Shown: positions 1 to 10,591, counted from the first letter of the stretch. The stretch is 64,000 nt of DNA from Bacteroidota bacterium (GCA_021794195.1 JAJYRG010000003.1:10242-74241), one strand, 5' to 3'. The notes: generated from the letters alone by a model not told the origin. Numbers and translations: made by a program.

Positions 1-1
1 T

Positions 2-544
2 GATTCATTCTTCGGAAAACGAGATGAAATGGACTGTATCATCGTCGCTGAGTTCCCGAAGCCGGAGAAACATGAAGCAACTATCTTACAAGATTTCAAA
101 GTGATTACAGCCATCGTCTCCGAGATACGGAACATTCGGAATCAAAAGCAGATATCACCAAGAACTGCTCTTCCCCTCGCTATAAAACGTACGGAAATAG
201 ATTTTACTCCCTATGAAGAAATTATAAAAAAAATGGCAAATATCGGGGAGCTGAGCTATGTGGACACCAATCTCTCGGGAGCAGTCAGCTTTCTGGCAAA
301 TAAAGAAGAATGCTTTATAAACCTGGAAGGGAATATTGATGTGGAAGCAGAAATAGAAAAGATAACTAAAGATTTAGAGTACCTAAAAGGCTTTTTGGTC
401 TCGGTGGAAAGAAAATTATCCAACGAAAAGTTTGTTCAAAATGCAAAACCGGAAATTGTAGAGAATGAACGCAAAAAGAAAGCAGATACTGTAACACGAA
501 TAGAAATATTGGAAGAAAACCTGGCTAATCTACAAAACGCTTAA
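2..544 (+). CDS. valS: Valyl-tRNA synthetase, C-terminal part (5' truncated by window edge)
   Basis: Frame is open back to position 2; anticodon-binding region plus coiled-coil tail (KKLSNEKFVQNAKPEIVENERKK-type motif) typical of the ValRS C-terminus. Confidence 0.95.
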   Translation, partial: DSFFGKRDEMDCIIVAEFPKPEKHEATILQDFKVITAIVSEIRNIRNQKQISPRTALPLAIKRTEIDFTPYEEIIKKMANIGELSYVDTNLSGAVSFLANKEECFINLEGNIDVEAEIEKITKDLEYLKGFLVSVERKLSNEKFVQNAKPEIVENERKKKADTVTRIEILEENLANLQNA

Positions 545-577
545 TTTTCATTCATTTAGAGCCAGTAATAACTAAAC

Positions 578-682
578 GAGAGTGTCTCAAATGGCTGACA
601 AACAGCCATAAACGCGTCATTGCGAGGAAGACAATCCCTGTTTTGACGTCGTTGCCATTGCTTCATCGTATTAAAGAATATT
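578..682. repeat. Degenerate REP/MITE-like intergenic element
   Basis: GAGAGTGTCTCAAA at 578-591 matches the terminal repeat at 50967-50984; CGTCATTGCGAGGA...CAATC and ATTGCTTCATCGT resemble Bacteroidota REP-like palindromic units. Confidence 0.4.
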
Positions 683-932
683 TCAAGAAGCTTTTTATTA
701 TGTTTCCTATCCACATTGTCCTGCTTGCGGTTAAATAAACCTCTATATGCTTTGAATATTACAATCCTTTTGTAAGAATAATGTGATTATTGAAGCTTAA
801 GCCAAGAAAAAGGGACATTTAAATTATCAATAACCGCTTTTTTACTTCTAGCTGAGCTTAATTCACTTTTTCATTTCGTATAAAAGATATTTATTCTGTA
901 ATTTTATATCCGGACACAGATAGAAAGTAGCC

Positions 933-1325
933 ATGCAAAACACAGAAGAACTTAGGTTATGGTATGATATCACTGAACATGCCAAAGCAAATTGGGAACA
1001 GGAAAAACTGTTAAATATCATGGATTCCTCCTCTTTTGAGAAAAAAAATGAGAAATCCGATCAAATTCTATTTTACATCTTAGCCTCTTTTGCTTCCGGA
1101 GAATCCATACATGACATTCAGCAGAATATTTATAATGAATTAAAGTTTCATAGCTGTCCGATCTGCCAAGAAACCCTTAAAACTATTTTACAAGATATTC
1201 AAGTCCAACTCAAAGAAAGTATATACGCTGTGTATTTAGCTTTTCAAATGTTAGAAGACGGAGCTACTGTTAACGAAGTCTCCACACAAGTGGAAAAGCT
1301 GTTTACAAAACCTTCCGAAGCCTAA
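933..1325 (+). CDS. Hypothetical protein (130 aa)
   Basis: Only long ORF in the interval, host-like composition, convergent with the permease; no family recognised. Confidence 0.7.
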   Translation: MQNTEELRLWYDITEHAKANWEQEKLLNIMDSSSFEKKNEKSDQILFYILASFASGESIHDIQQNIYNELKFHSCPICQETLKTILQDIQVQLKESIYAVYLAFQMLEDGATVNEVSTQVEKLFTKPSEA

Positions 1326-1329
1326 AGAC

Positions 1330-2517
1330 TTAAGCTTTAAGCTTTTCTTTTTTCGGTTTTCCAGTTTTTTTCTTCATTTTCCTAATCTTGTAATAGAGTA
1401 TAATCACCGTCAGAGAAAGCGTGATGGCCGCAATGACAGACAAAGCAGTCACCGGTTCAGCTATATGATAGGTATCTACACGCTCTATATACAAATACCT
1501 GAATATTTTCAAATAATGTGTTAAGGGAATCACATCAGCCACCCACTGAACCCAAGTCGGCATTTGGCTCAATGGCCATGTAAAACCACTTAATATAAAA
1601 CTTGGCGTAGCGACTACCATCAATACTTCTGTAGCTTTTAATTGATTGGGCAATACCACGCTCACTAAGACACCGATTCCACAGACTGCCAGTATAAACA
1701 AAAGGGTGCTCCACGCAAAAGCCGGGATGTCTCCTTCTAATGGCATTTTGTAATAAGCTGAAAAACCCCAATACATTAAAATGATCCCTACGGACATCAA
1801 CATATAAGGAATGATTTTGACCAAAATAAGGGAGATAGGATTGGAGACCCGGGATACGAGTTCAGAAAAAGTTCCGTTTTCAAATTCAGAAGCAAAACTT
1901 AACGCCAAGCCCAGAAGCAAAACCTGTTGAAATACGGTTAATAACACCCCTGGCATCATGAAGTATAAGTAGTTTCCACTCTTTATATTTTGTTTGATGA
2001 ATGTAGTTTTAAAAGGTTCATACTGCTGTTCTGCCACATATTTAGGCACGCCTTTTTTCATTTGAGATTCTATTTGTACACCTGCTTTCATCGTGGCTGC
2101 TACTACGTTTACAGCCATCATAGCGGTATTGGAAGTCAAAGTATTGGACGCATCCACAAATACAGCCAACTCAGGCAATCTGGCTTGTTGAATATCTGCA
2201 GCGAAATTCTTCGGTATCCGGACTACTGTAGTTGCCTCGTATTCAGTAGCAATATTCTTACTATTGACCAGTGAAGGGAGAATTTCCGCTATGTATATAG
2301 TTTCATTTTCTTCGAGCATTTCTATCAACTTACTGCTCATGGGACTGCGATCTTCGTCCACGACAATAATCGGCAAATCAGTAATTTTTCCTTTCTGGTA
2401 TACACTTCCGATCAAGATCCCATACAAAATAGGCGCACCGATAAATAATAGCCGAAGCACATTATTATTGAAAAATAATCTAAACTCTCTTCCTATAAGA
2501 CTCAAAAATCTTTTCAC
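1330..2517 (-). CDS. ABC-2 type transporter permease (YhhJ/YbhR-like)
   Basis: N-terminal TM, periplasmic domain (PIIVVDEDRSPMS), then six TM helices with LSGFTWP and PLTHY motifs. Confidence 0.9.
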   Translation of the reverse strand: MKRFLSLIGREFRLFFNNNVLRLLFIGAPILYGILIGSVYQKGKITDLPIIVVDEDRSPMSSKLIEMLEENETIYIAEILPSLVNSKNIATEYEATTVVRIPKNFAADIQQARLPELAVFVDASNTLTSNTAMMAVNVVAATMKAGVQIESQMKKGVPKYVAEQQYEPFKTTFIKQNIKSGNYLYFMMPGVLLTVFQQVLLLGLALSFASEFENGTFSELVSRVSNPISLILVKIIPYMLMSVGIILMYWGFSAYYKMPLEGDIPAFAWSTLLFILAVCGIGVLVSVVLPNQLKATEVLMVVATPSFILSGFTWPLSQMPTWVQWVADVIPLTHYLKIFRYLYIERVDTYHIAEPVTALSVIAAITLSLTVIILYYKIRKMKKKTGKPKKEKLKA

Positions 2518-2528
2518 AATTTTCTCTT

Positions 2529-3491
2529 TTATGGTTCTACAACGACAGTCGCTTGTGTGATCAGTTCACCCATCTCTTCTCTTTCTAAGGGTAAAATTTT
2601 AATTTCGAACAGAGTTTTTTGCTGATCGAAATCCGGATAAGCTGTCGCAATATTTGCATATGAACTCAACGCTTTGATCAAGACTATTTTTCCCCTTATA
2701 GTTTTATTACTTTTATAGGGAATACGGATTTGTACTTCTTTGTCTTTGCTGAAAGAATCCATCCGATCTTCTGACACTGTAAATCGAAAATAAGTAGTAG
2801 ACGGCAGGTAACCACTTACAATGGGATATCCTGGCAAGGCCAGCTCCCCTACCTTAAGATTCACTGTCTCTATAGTCATGTCTTGTGGAGCGACCAGGTA
2901 TTTTTCTTTTTCTGCTGCCGCCACTTCATCCATCGCGCCCAGAGCCCGTCCTCTTTGTCCTAAAGCCATCATCTGTTGTTCAATACGTGCTCCATTTTTT
3001 ACCTCTTCTATTTCTACCTGTGCAGCCAGGTACTGATTTTTTGCTCCTTGATATTTTGCATATACCTCATCGTACTGTTGCTGTGAAACAAGACTATCTT
3101 TTAATAAATTTGACAAGCGATCCAAAGATTTCCGGGCAAAGTCAAACTGTTCTTTCAAGCCGGATACTTTTGCTTCCAATTGTTTTAACTGGCCATCTGT
3201 AGCCCCCTTTCGAGACATCTGATATTGAGCATCAGCAGCATCAATAGCCCCTTGTGCTTGTGCTCTTTTTGCATCAACTTCTGGAATATCGAGAATGGCA
3301 ATAGTATCTCCTTTATGTACTTTTTCGCCTTCAGCAACCAAAAATTCCTCGATTTTACCCGGTACTTTGGTAACAACAGAGATTTCCTCTCTTTCAATCC
3401 GACCATAAAAATCAGCATTCGTAGTTTTATTTTCCGTACAAGCCGACAAAAACAAAAGCAAAATCACTAATAATTTAATATTCTTCATCAT
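2529..3491 (-). CDS. HlyD-family membrane fusion protein (lipoprotein)
   Basis: Lipobox FLSAC; lipoyl half motifs KVPGKIEEFLVAEGEKVHKGD and LVAPQDMTI..NLKVGE flanking a coiled hairpin. Confidence 0.9.
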   Translation of the reverse strand: MMKNIKLLVILLLFLSACTENKTTNADFYGRIEREEISVVTKVPGKIEEFLVAEGEKVHKGDTIAILDIPEVDAKRAQAQGAIDAADAQYQMSRKGATDGQLKQLEAKVSGLKEQFDFARKSLDRLSNLLKDSLVSQQQYDEVYAKYQGAKNQYLAAQVEIEEVKNGARIEQQMMALGQRGRALGAMDEVAAAEKEKYLVAPQDMTIETVNLKVGELALPGYPIVSGYLPSTTYFRFTVSEDRMDSFSKDKEVQIRIPYKSNKTIRGKIVLIKALSSYANIATAYPDFDQQKTLFEIKILPLEREEMGELITQATVVVEP

Positions 3492-4882
3492 TATTCAGTT
3501 ATTTCGTTCAACAATAATCCGGAAGTGTGATACAGATCTATAGCTGCTGACCTCTGCGCAAGCACCTGGCTGTAATAGTTTAATTTAACTTTATATAAAT
3601 CATTTTCTGCAGCAAGGAAATCGGTTATATCTGATAAACCCTCTTCAAATCGCTTATTAGAGAGGTGAACCGTATTTTTCGCTACTTTTACTTGCTGCTC
3701 GGCTACTTTTATCTTTTTCAAAGAAGAAAAATAATCAATACGGTTTTTTTCTAAGAGAAGGTTCAGTTTTTCATTCGTTTCAATAGTTTTTTGCTCATTA
3801 ATTTTCAAATCAAGCTTTGCACTATTTACTTTACTCCGTCTATTCCCACCATCAAAAATATCCCATTTAACACCAACACCTACAAAAAAATTAGGTGCTA
3901 ACCTGAGGTGATTGTTTTTAACTGTTTTATCACCTAAAACAGGTAAATCCTTGAAATGGATCCGGGTATCAAAAAAATTCAGATAATTTACAGATCCAAA
4001 AGCAAAAGCTAAGGGGAGCTTACCTCCTTCTTCTTTTTTCAGATTATATTCAAAAGCTTTGGATGAATGCTCTAAAGCTTTCAGTTCTAACCGGCTGTCA
4101 ACAGAGTAAGGGATTTCTTGTATTTCCATTACCTGAAGTTCGTAAACCAACTCTTTAAGTTCTTCTTCACTCAGGTGGGTGATCTGCTTTAACTTAGAGT
4201 ATAGTAATTCTCGGTTCCCATCTAATTCTACTTGTTTTTCATTCAATTCCAAAATAGCCAAAGTCAGTTTATCTCTATCATAAGGTATAGCTAAACCATT
4301 CTCCAGTCCACGAATTACTTTTTGTTGTTCTTTTTGCAAGCGTTTTTCTGAATCATGGATCAATTGTTCTACCTCATTGAGTAACATCAACTGATCAAAG
4401 GTCAAAATCACATCTTTGATCACATCCCCTTTATCCGCTTCTGCCATAAAAGACTCTGCTTTATATTTTTCTTCTAAAGCTTTCAAGCCATTCGGAATTT
4501 GTAATCCTGAAAACAACACCTGTTTAGCTGTAAGCCCGGCATAACCTACCTGGCTGCTCAAATTGGAACTTCCTGTGCCTGAGAACAGTTGATTCCCCGT
4601 AATAGGCAGTGTTACAGTGGGTAAATCTACATCTACAGAAGAATGTAAATAACCATAAGCACCGCTCGCTGAAATCTGTGGCAAACGTTTCGCTTTTACA
4701 CTTTCTTTTTCATATTCTGTTTTCTCTGCTGAAAGAAGTTTCATAGAAAGCTCTCTATTCTCTTCCAAGGCACTCCGAATAGGTTTCATGAGCTCTTCCT
4801 CTATAGGCAGTTGCGCAAAGACAGATACACTCTGCAGACAGATACTGAAACACATAAAAAAACCGGCAATAAATACTCTCAT
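3491..4882 (-). CDS. TolC-family outer membrane efflux protein
   Basis: Signal peptide, two OEP repeats (RLPQISASG; VGVKWDIFDGG; RFEEGLSDITDFL); TAATG overlap with the hlyD-family gene. Confidence 0.9.
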   Translation of the reverse strand: MRVFIAGFFMCFSICLQSVSVFAQLPIEEELMKPIRSALEENRELSMKLLSAEKTEYEKESVKAKRLPQISASGAYGYLHSSVDVDLPTVTLPITGNQLFSGTGSSNLSSQVGYAGLTAKQVLFSGLQIPNGLKALEEKYKAESFMAEADKGDVIKDVILTFDQLMLLNEVEQLIHDSEKRLQKEQQKVIRGLENGLAIPYDRDKLTLAILELNEKQVELDGNRELLYSKLKQITHLSEEELKELVYELQVMEIQEIPYSVDSRLELKALEHSSKAFEYNLKKEEGGKLPLAFAFGSVNYLNFFDTRIHFKDLPVLGDKTVKNNHLRLAPNFFVGVGVKWDIFDGGNRRSKVNSAKLDLKINEQKTIETNEKLNLLLEKNRIDYFSSLKKIKVAEQQVKVAKNTVHLSNKRFEEGLSDITDFLAAENDLYKVKLNYYSQVLAQRSAAIDLYHTSGLLLNEITE

Positions 4883-4955
4883 ATTTGTTTTTTATTCTTT
4901 AACTCTGCAAAAATTGCTTTTTTAATTTAAAAAAGTTTTAAGATATCTTAAAAAA

Positions 4956-5561
4956 TCATTTTACTTGACTACGGATAACACTTAAGGTTTGCTGACTAAT
5001 ACCAAGATAACTGGCTATGTCTCCCAAGGGTGCCCGTTTGATTATTTCCGGATTGGTATCTAATAAGTACTGATAACGATCGGCGGCTGATTCAAATTGC
5101 AAACTCGTCAAACGGCGTGAAAACGCAATCAGATTATGCGTCAGAATCTGTTGGATAATTTTATTCATTTCAATACTCGACTGTGCAATATCTTCAATTA
5201 ATTGAAAAGGAATACCCACCAACTGACTGTCTTCTATGGTTTCAATACCATACGTAGATTTTTTTGCGAGAAATAAACTCTCTGAGCTGGTTACAAAACT
5301 ATTTTCTAAAAAGAAAAAATGCGTTACCCATTTATTTTCTTTATAATAAACTATTTTTACCATGCCCGATTCTATAAAAAATACATCCTTGGATATCTGT
5401 CCCGGTTCCAGTATCCATTCTTTTTTTCCACAAGAATGGGAATGACAGTCGGATAAGAGTTTTCCCATTAATTTCTCCGAAAAGTAAAAATGATCAGATA
5501 AGTATTTTTTAATATTCATGCTATCGGCTTTTGCTTCAGATCTGTTAACAATAATACACAT
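4956..5561 (-). CDS. Crp/Fnr-family transcriptional regulator
   Basis: cNMP-binding fold (ILEPGQISKDVFFIESG) and C-terminal HTH (IASYLGISQQTLSVIR); true start may lie a few codons downstream. Confidence 0.88.
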   Translation of the reverse strand: MCIIVNRSEAKADSMNIKKYLSDHFYFSEKLMGKLLSDCHSHSCGKKEWILEPGQISKDVFFIESGMVKIVYYKENKWVTHFFFLENSFVTSSESLFLAKKSTYGIETIEDSQLVGIPFQLIEDIAQSSIEMNKIIQQILTHNLIAFSRRLTSLQFESAADRYQYLLDTNPEIIKRAPLGDIASYLGISQQTLSVIRSQVK

Positions 5562-5635
5562 TTCATTTGTACTTTATCCAATCCGTTTACCTTAATTTAT
5601 TTTAGAATAGAACGAAAGAACCTTATCTTGCCACC

Positions 5636-6298
5636 ATGAACAACTTTGCAGTAATATTTGATATGGATGGGGTAATCAGTCATACTAATCCCTACCATGC
5701 AGACGCATTTAGAGTTTTTTTCAATAATTATAATATCGCAGCTACAGAAGAAGAATTTCAAGAGCATATGTATGGAAAACATAACTCTTATATATTCCAG
5801 CATTTCTTCCAAAAGAAACTAGATGATTCAGAAATAAAGACTTTAGAAGAAGAAAAAGAAGGTTTGTTTCGAGAAATTTATAAGGAACATATACAGGCTC
5901 TTCCGGGTTTTGTGGAATTATTAAACGCATTAAAAGCTGAAAATATAAAAACCGGCATCGCTACTTCTGCGCCTGAAGCGAATCTTCGATTAATAGCAGA
6001 AAGTTTGGATTTATATAATAAAATGGAATCCATCATGTACAGCGAGCTTATAGTAAAACACAAGCCCGATCCCGAAATCTATCTTCAAACAGCAAAGAAG
6101 CTACAAATAGCCCCTAAAAACTGTTTAGTATTTGAGGATTCCTCATCTGGCATTAAAGCAGCCCAGGCTGCAGGCATGGAAGTCTGCGCTGTATTGACTA
6201 CTCATACAAAAGAACAACTTCCTTCCTGTCAGTGGTATATAAAGGATTTCCAAAACTTGACCTTCGAAAAAGTTCAAGATTGGATGGCCGAAGAATAA
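5636..6298 (+). CDS. HAD-family phosphatase (beta-phosphoglucomutase-like)
   Basis: Motifs FDMDGV, ATS, KPDP, FEDS. Confidence 0.9.
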   Translation: MNNFAVIFDMDGVISHTNPYHADAFRVFFNNYNIAATEEEFQEHMYGKHNSYIFQHFFQKKLDDSEIKTLEEEKEGLFREIYKEHIQALPGFVELLNALKAENIKTGIATSAPEANLRLIAESLDLYNKMESIMYSELIVKHKPDPEIYLQTAKKLQIAPKNCLVFEDSSSGIKAAQAAGMEVCAVLTTHTKEQLPSCQWYIKDFQNLTFEKVQDWMAEE

Positions 6299-6354
6299 AG
6301 GAAGAACTATAGCACCGGGCAATGCCCGATGCGTAAATGCATACGGAATGCAGT

Positions 6355-6792
6355 TTAATTTAAAACTGTTTCTGTATATTTTTGATGGTTTTCTTTATTT
6401 TCAAAATAAGAAACCTCTCCTCTTTCTCCAGTAACAGCAATAACCGCATCCGCCTTATCGACTTGTTTTTGAGAAATTGGATCTATGGCCACACGTACAC
6501 TTTCATCCACAGGTAGACGATCTTGGCACATATCGCAACATCCATAATAAATCTTTCCATTAACTTTCACTTCTAACTGCTCCCGCCCCATGTAATCATT
6601 ATTGACCATACATACAAGTTCATTGGGAACAATATCACCGAGAGCGACCTGCTGGGAAGACGGATCAGTTTGCATTTGCATAGATGTGACCCGCTCATGA
6701 TCAGTCTGCTGAGTTTCAGTTGCTTTTTCCGTAGAATTACTACAGGAGACGAAAAGGAATATACTCAACGCAAAAGGGATTATTTTTCTCAT
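6355..6792 (-). CDS. Cys/Met-rich putative metal-binding lipoprotein (YHS/TRASH-like)
   Basis: Start placed at 6792 (MRKIIPF...FVSC lipobox), downstream of a TATTTTTG box at 6870-6877; CMVNNDYMG and YYGCCDMC motifs. Confidence 0.75.
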   Translation of the reverse strand: MRKIIPFALSIFLFVSCSNSTEKATETQQTDHERVTSMQMQTDPSSQQVALGDIVPNELVCMVNNDYMGREQLEVKVNGKIYYGCCDMCQDRLPVDESVRVAIDPISQKQVDKADAVIAVTGERGEVSYFENKENHQKYTETVLN

Positions 6793-6869
6793 GATTTTTT
6801 GTTTTAATGAAAAGAAACGCTGAAAAATAAAATATTTTATTATTTCAAATATTACCAAATATGAAGTTG

Positions 6870-6877
6870 CAAAAATA
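6870..6877 (-). promoter_or_regulatory. Bacteroidota housekeeping promoter -7 box
   Basis: TATTTTTG on the minus strand matches TAnnTTTG, upstream of the lipoprotein gene. Confidence 0.5.
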
Positions 6878-7571
6878 AGGTTTTTATTGAAATAATCACT
6901 TCCTTTTAAATGTGAATATATTTTTATGTAATCATTGTTGTGTCATAAAAAAGTAGTCTCAATTTTATAAATTATATTTTTCATCTGTTCTCTCTTTCAC
7001 TAAGGAATTAAAAGGATAACAGTTTTGAGGAATGGATAATGGTAATAAAACTTGAAAGATATGGAAAAGATGAAGAAATAATAACGCCAGAAGAAGTTAC
7101 TGAAAGGGTTTTTAATTTTCTCTAAACTTTCATAATATATACACAAAAAATTTAGAAATACTGAAAACTACCATTTTTGAAATATGTTAAAGACAATAGC
7201 CGAATTACAGTAAATTTTGGATGGATATCCACGAAAATCAAAATTCAACTTCTTCCCTTCAATTGAATATCAGCGCTTCCCCCTCTTCTTCTAATCGATT
7301 CATTGTTTATAAGTTATCGTGTTAAAATTATTATAACAAACTGGTTTTCAGTATATTTACTCTATGAATTATAATAAGGAGCCATAAACCCTTTTGTCCG
7401 GTAATTTAACTCTATCATCTATAGACGCTATAAAATTAGTAAGTTACTAAATATGAAATGAGGGGGTAATAAATATGCACGGACAGATTTAAAATTAAAG
7501 TAAACAAATAGCTTATAGAAGGAGGCGGTTATAAAATCCTTTTCACACAGAATAATTAGAATAGAAATTAT

Positions 7572-8507
7572 ATGACTCAGACAATATTAGGAGCGAACGG
7601 AGCTCTCGGAATTGCACTTGCAAAGGAGTTGACAAAATATTCAACCAATATCAGATTGGTAAGCCGGAATCCTAAAAAAATAAATCCTACGGACATTCTA
7701 TTTCCAGCTGATTTAACCCAACGAAATAATGTATTTAAAGCAGTTGAAGGATCATCCATAGTTTACATAACTATAGGTTTCCCATACAAGACAAAAATAT
7801 GGAAACAATATTGGATTCCATTTGTACAATCTGTGATAAATGCTTGCTTGGAACATAATACCAAGCTTGTTTTTTTTGATAATATGTATGCGATTGGAGG
7901 AAACAATGTCAACCATATTACCGAAAAATCGCCCATTAGTCCTACAAGTAAAAAAGGAGAAATAAGAGCAGAAGTTGATAAATTGATTTTAAAAAACATA
8001 CAAGAAAACAAATTACAAGCAATTATAGCAAGAGCACCAGACTTCTTTGGCGGTGCTTCCCGTGCAAACAGTATTATAATGAATTTGATTTATGACAGGT
8101 TTATTAAAGGTAAAAAAGCACAATGGTTTTGCAATGCGGAGAAGGTTCATAGTTTTGGGTATGTTCCTGAACTTGCCAGGGGAACAGCAATACTTGGGAA
8201 TACCGAAGAAGCATACAATCAAATCTGGAACTTACCTACTGATCCTCAAAAAATTACAGGGAAAGATTGGATAGAACTTTTTGCTAAACAAATGCATTGC
8301 GAACCACGATATAATGTACTTCCAAATGGATTGATTAAAGGGTTGGGAATATTTATACCTATAATGTCAGAATTAGCAGAAATGAATTATCAATATGATC
8401 GGGATTATTATTTTGACAGTTCAAAATTCAACGAATACTTTAATTACACGCCTATTTCAAATGAACTTGCAGTTAAACAAACCGTAGAAAAATTAAATAA
8501 AAAATAG
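7572..8507 (+). CDS. NAD-dependent epimerase/dehydratase family (atypical SDR)
   Basis: Rossmann motif ILGANGALG; DNMYAIG and ARAPDFFG motifs. Confidence 0.88.
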   Translation: MTQTILGANGALGIALAKELTKYSTNIRLVSRNPKKINPTDILFPADLTQRNNVFKAVEGSSIVYITIGFPYKTKIWKQYWIPFVQSVINACLEHNTKLVFFDNMYAIGGNNVNHITEKSPISPTSKKGEIRAEVDKLILKNIQENKLQAIIARAPDFFGGASRANSIIMNLIYDRFIKGKKAQWFCNAEKVHSFGYVPELARGTAILGNTEEAYNQIWNLPTDPQKITGKDWIELFAKQMHCEPRYNVLPNGLIKGLGIFIPIMSELAEMNYQYDRDYYFDSSKFNEYFNYTPISNELAVKQTVEKLNKK

Positions 8508-8622
8508 CAATAAGGAGTAAACAACCCCTCTCTACAAACAGTTAGTTAAAATTTTGACATATAGAATGGCGTTCAACAAGCTAGGACTATTAGCAGTAAA
8601 AAGCTTCTACACCACTAAAAAT

Positions 8623-9186
8623 GTGATTACAGTTTTTGACAATATAGAATATTTGCGAAGGGGTAACAGCCGACAACAACAAGCATACTCCTGTTTGTCA
8701 GACAACCAAGTTTTGCTAAAACTCAAGCTTTATACCCCCATCCTTGTGGGAACTGTACCAATTAACGTTAACATCGAAAACAGCGATCTTGACATCATAT
8801 GTTGTTTTTACAATACACGAGAGTTTATTAAAACAATCACAGACAATTTTAGAGACGAAAAGAATTTTACAATCAAAGAGCAACAAAATCCAGACTCTCC
8901 GACGGTAATAGCTAGTTTTATTTTGGGTGATTTTGAAATTGAAATTTTCGGGCAAAAGATCCCTACAAAACAGCAATTCGCGTACAGACATATGATAGTC
9001 GAACATAACTTGCTAAAAGAATATGGAGAAAAGCTAAGGCAACAGGTTGTTGGTCTCAAGCGACAAGGACATAAGACAGAGCCAGCATTTGGATTAGCAC
9101 TTGGACTGACCGGCGACCCATACATGGAACTTCTAAAATTTGAAATAAATGACACCTCCGAACCACTAACAAAGGACACTCAGTAA
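8623..9186 (+). CDS. DUF4269 family protein
   Basis: LVGTVPINVNIENSDLDIIC and KTEPAF motifs; start moved to the in-frame GTG at 8623 (track start 8554). Confidence 0.75.
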   Translation: MITVFDNIEYLRRGNSRQQQAYSCLSDNQVLLKLKLYTPILVGTVPINVNIENSDLDIICCFYNTREFIKTITDNFRDEKNFTIKEQQNPDSPTVIASFILGDFEIEIFGQKIPTKQQFAYRHMIVEHNLLKEYGEKLRQQVVGLKRQGHKTEPAFGLALGLTGDPYMELLKFEINDTSEPLTKDTQ

Positions 9187-9351
9187 TGGAGTGCTTTGGC
9201 AGAACAGACAGCAATTGATTTCATCTGTAGCTTCTGTTTTGCTCTAATCAGAAGATTAAAGAACAATGCATATCTTTAATTCTTTCGTTTCACACTTTTT
9301 TTGTATAATAGTATTAAATAATCGAAAGTATTCATCCAAAGACTATAGACT

Positions 9352-10389
9352 ATGATAAAAAAGTCCGCCTTTTTTACCGCCTTTTTATGCTTAATATATC
9401 TATATAGTTGTCAAAACAATACATCAAAATCTGCTACTGAAGGTAATGAAACCGATCCACAACTCTCGTCTTTTGTGGAAGTGGAGTTTTTGAATGAAGA
9501 AGCAAAAGATCTTATTGATGAAGATGTAGAAAGCACTTTACTCGCCGACGGCTTAATATGGTCCGAAGGCCCCTTATGGATTGACGAAAAAGAGATGCTC
9601 TTATTTTCAGATATTCCGGAAAACATAATTTATAAATGGACAGAAAAAGATGGACTTACAGAGTATCTTAAACCTGCTGGGCTGACATCGGATGGACCAA
9701 AAGGTAGAGAACCGGGTTCGAACGGGCTTATTCTTAACCATGAAGGAAAATTAGTCATCTGTCAACATGGAGATCATGCTGTCTCCATAATGGAGGCGGC
9801 TATAGAAAGTCCGGAAGTAAAGTTCAATGTGCTGGCCAAAGAATACCAAGGAAAAAGACTAAATAGCCCTAATGATCTAATCGTAGATAGTCGTGGGCAA
9901 TATTACTTCACAGACCCAGATTATGGTCTGGCAAGAGAAGAAGATAAAGAATTGTCTTTTAATGGTGTATTTAAAATTGATAATTCAGGAAAATTAGAAC
10001 TTTTAATAGACACAATTTCTCATCCTAATGGGATCGCTTTATCGCCTGATGAACAATTTTTGTACATAACAAACTCTAACCACAACTCTCCTGTGCTTTA
10101 TAAATATCGTCTGAACCCGCAAGGAGACATTGAAGAAGGCGGCGTATTTTTTGATTTCAAACCGCTCTTAGATAAAGGACCGGGCGGGCCGGATGGTTTC
10201 AAAATAGATTCTCATGGCAATATATATACTTCCGGACCTGGAGGCGTATGGGTCATCAATTCGGAGGGCAAACCCTTAGCAAGAATTATTACAGAAGACC
10301 GTGTTTCTAACTGTGCTTTATCAGAAGACGAAAAGACACTTTATATCACAAATACAGACAAGGTATTAAGAGTTAAACTAAGGAAGTAA
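9352..10389 (+). CDS. SMP-30/gluconolactonase/LRE family lipoprotein
   Basis: Lipobox LYSC; WSEGP, NSPND, PNGIALSPD and PDG motifs. Confidence 0.9.
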   Translation: MIKKSAFFTAFLCLIYLYSCQNNTSKSATEGNETDPQLSSFVEVEFLNEEAKDLIDEDVESTLLADGLIWSEGPLWIDEKEMLLFSDIPENIIYKWTEKDGLTEYLKPAGLTSDGPKGREPGSNGLILNHEGKLVICQHGDHAVSIMEAAIESPEVKFNVLAKEYQGKRLNSPNDLIVDSRGQYYFTDPDYGLAREEDKELSFNGVFKIDNSGKLELLIDTISHPNGIALSPDEQFLYITNSNHNSPVLYKYRLNPQGDIEEGGVFFDFKPLLDKGPGGPDGFKIDSHGNIYTSGPGGVWVINSEGKPLARIITEDRVSNCALSEDEKTLYITNTDKVLRVKLRK

Positions 10390-10591
10390 TCGAATACAAT
10401 TAAAATTTATAATTCTTGTAAAACCCGCTAAAGGTTCTCTATATACCTTTATCAATATTGATAAGATAAAGTGATAAGAATTCTCAAGTAATTTTAAAAG
10501 AAAAATTAATAATGAATATAAAAATGTGAGTTTATAGAAACATTGATTATCTTAGATAAACCAATCAATAGTTTCTTAAAAGTTAGAAAGC

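Noticed and set aside
6990-7260. Protein-like fragments (IITPEEVTERVFNFL; LKYVKDNSRIT, resembling a winged-helix start)
   Set aside because: Too short and interrupted to assign; AT-rich DNA gives such matches by chance; needs blastx
10449-10464. 16-bp palindrome TTATCAATATTGATAA as an operator
   Set aside because: Almost all A/T in very AT-rich DNA, no cognate regulator nearby, and the half-sites are in the wrong orientation for an FNR box
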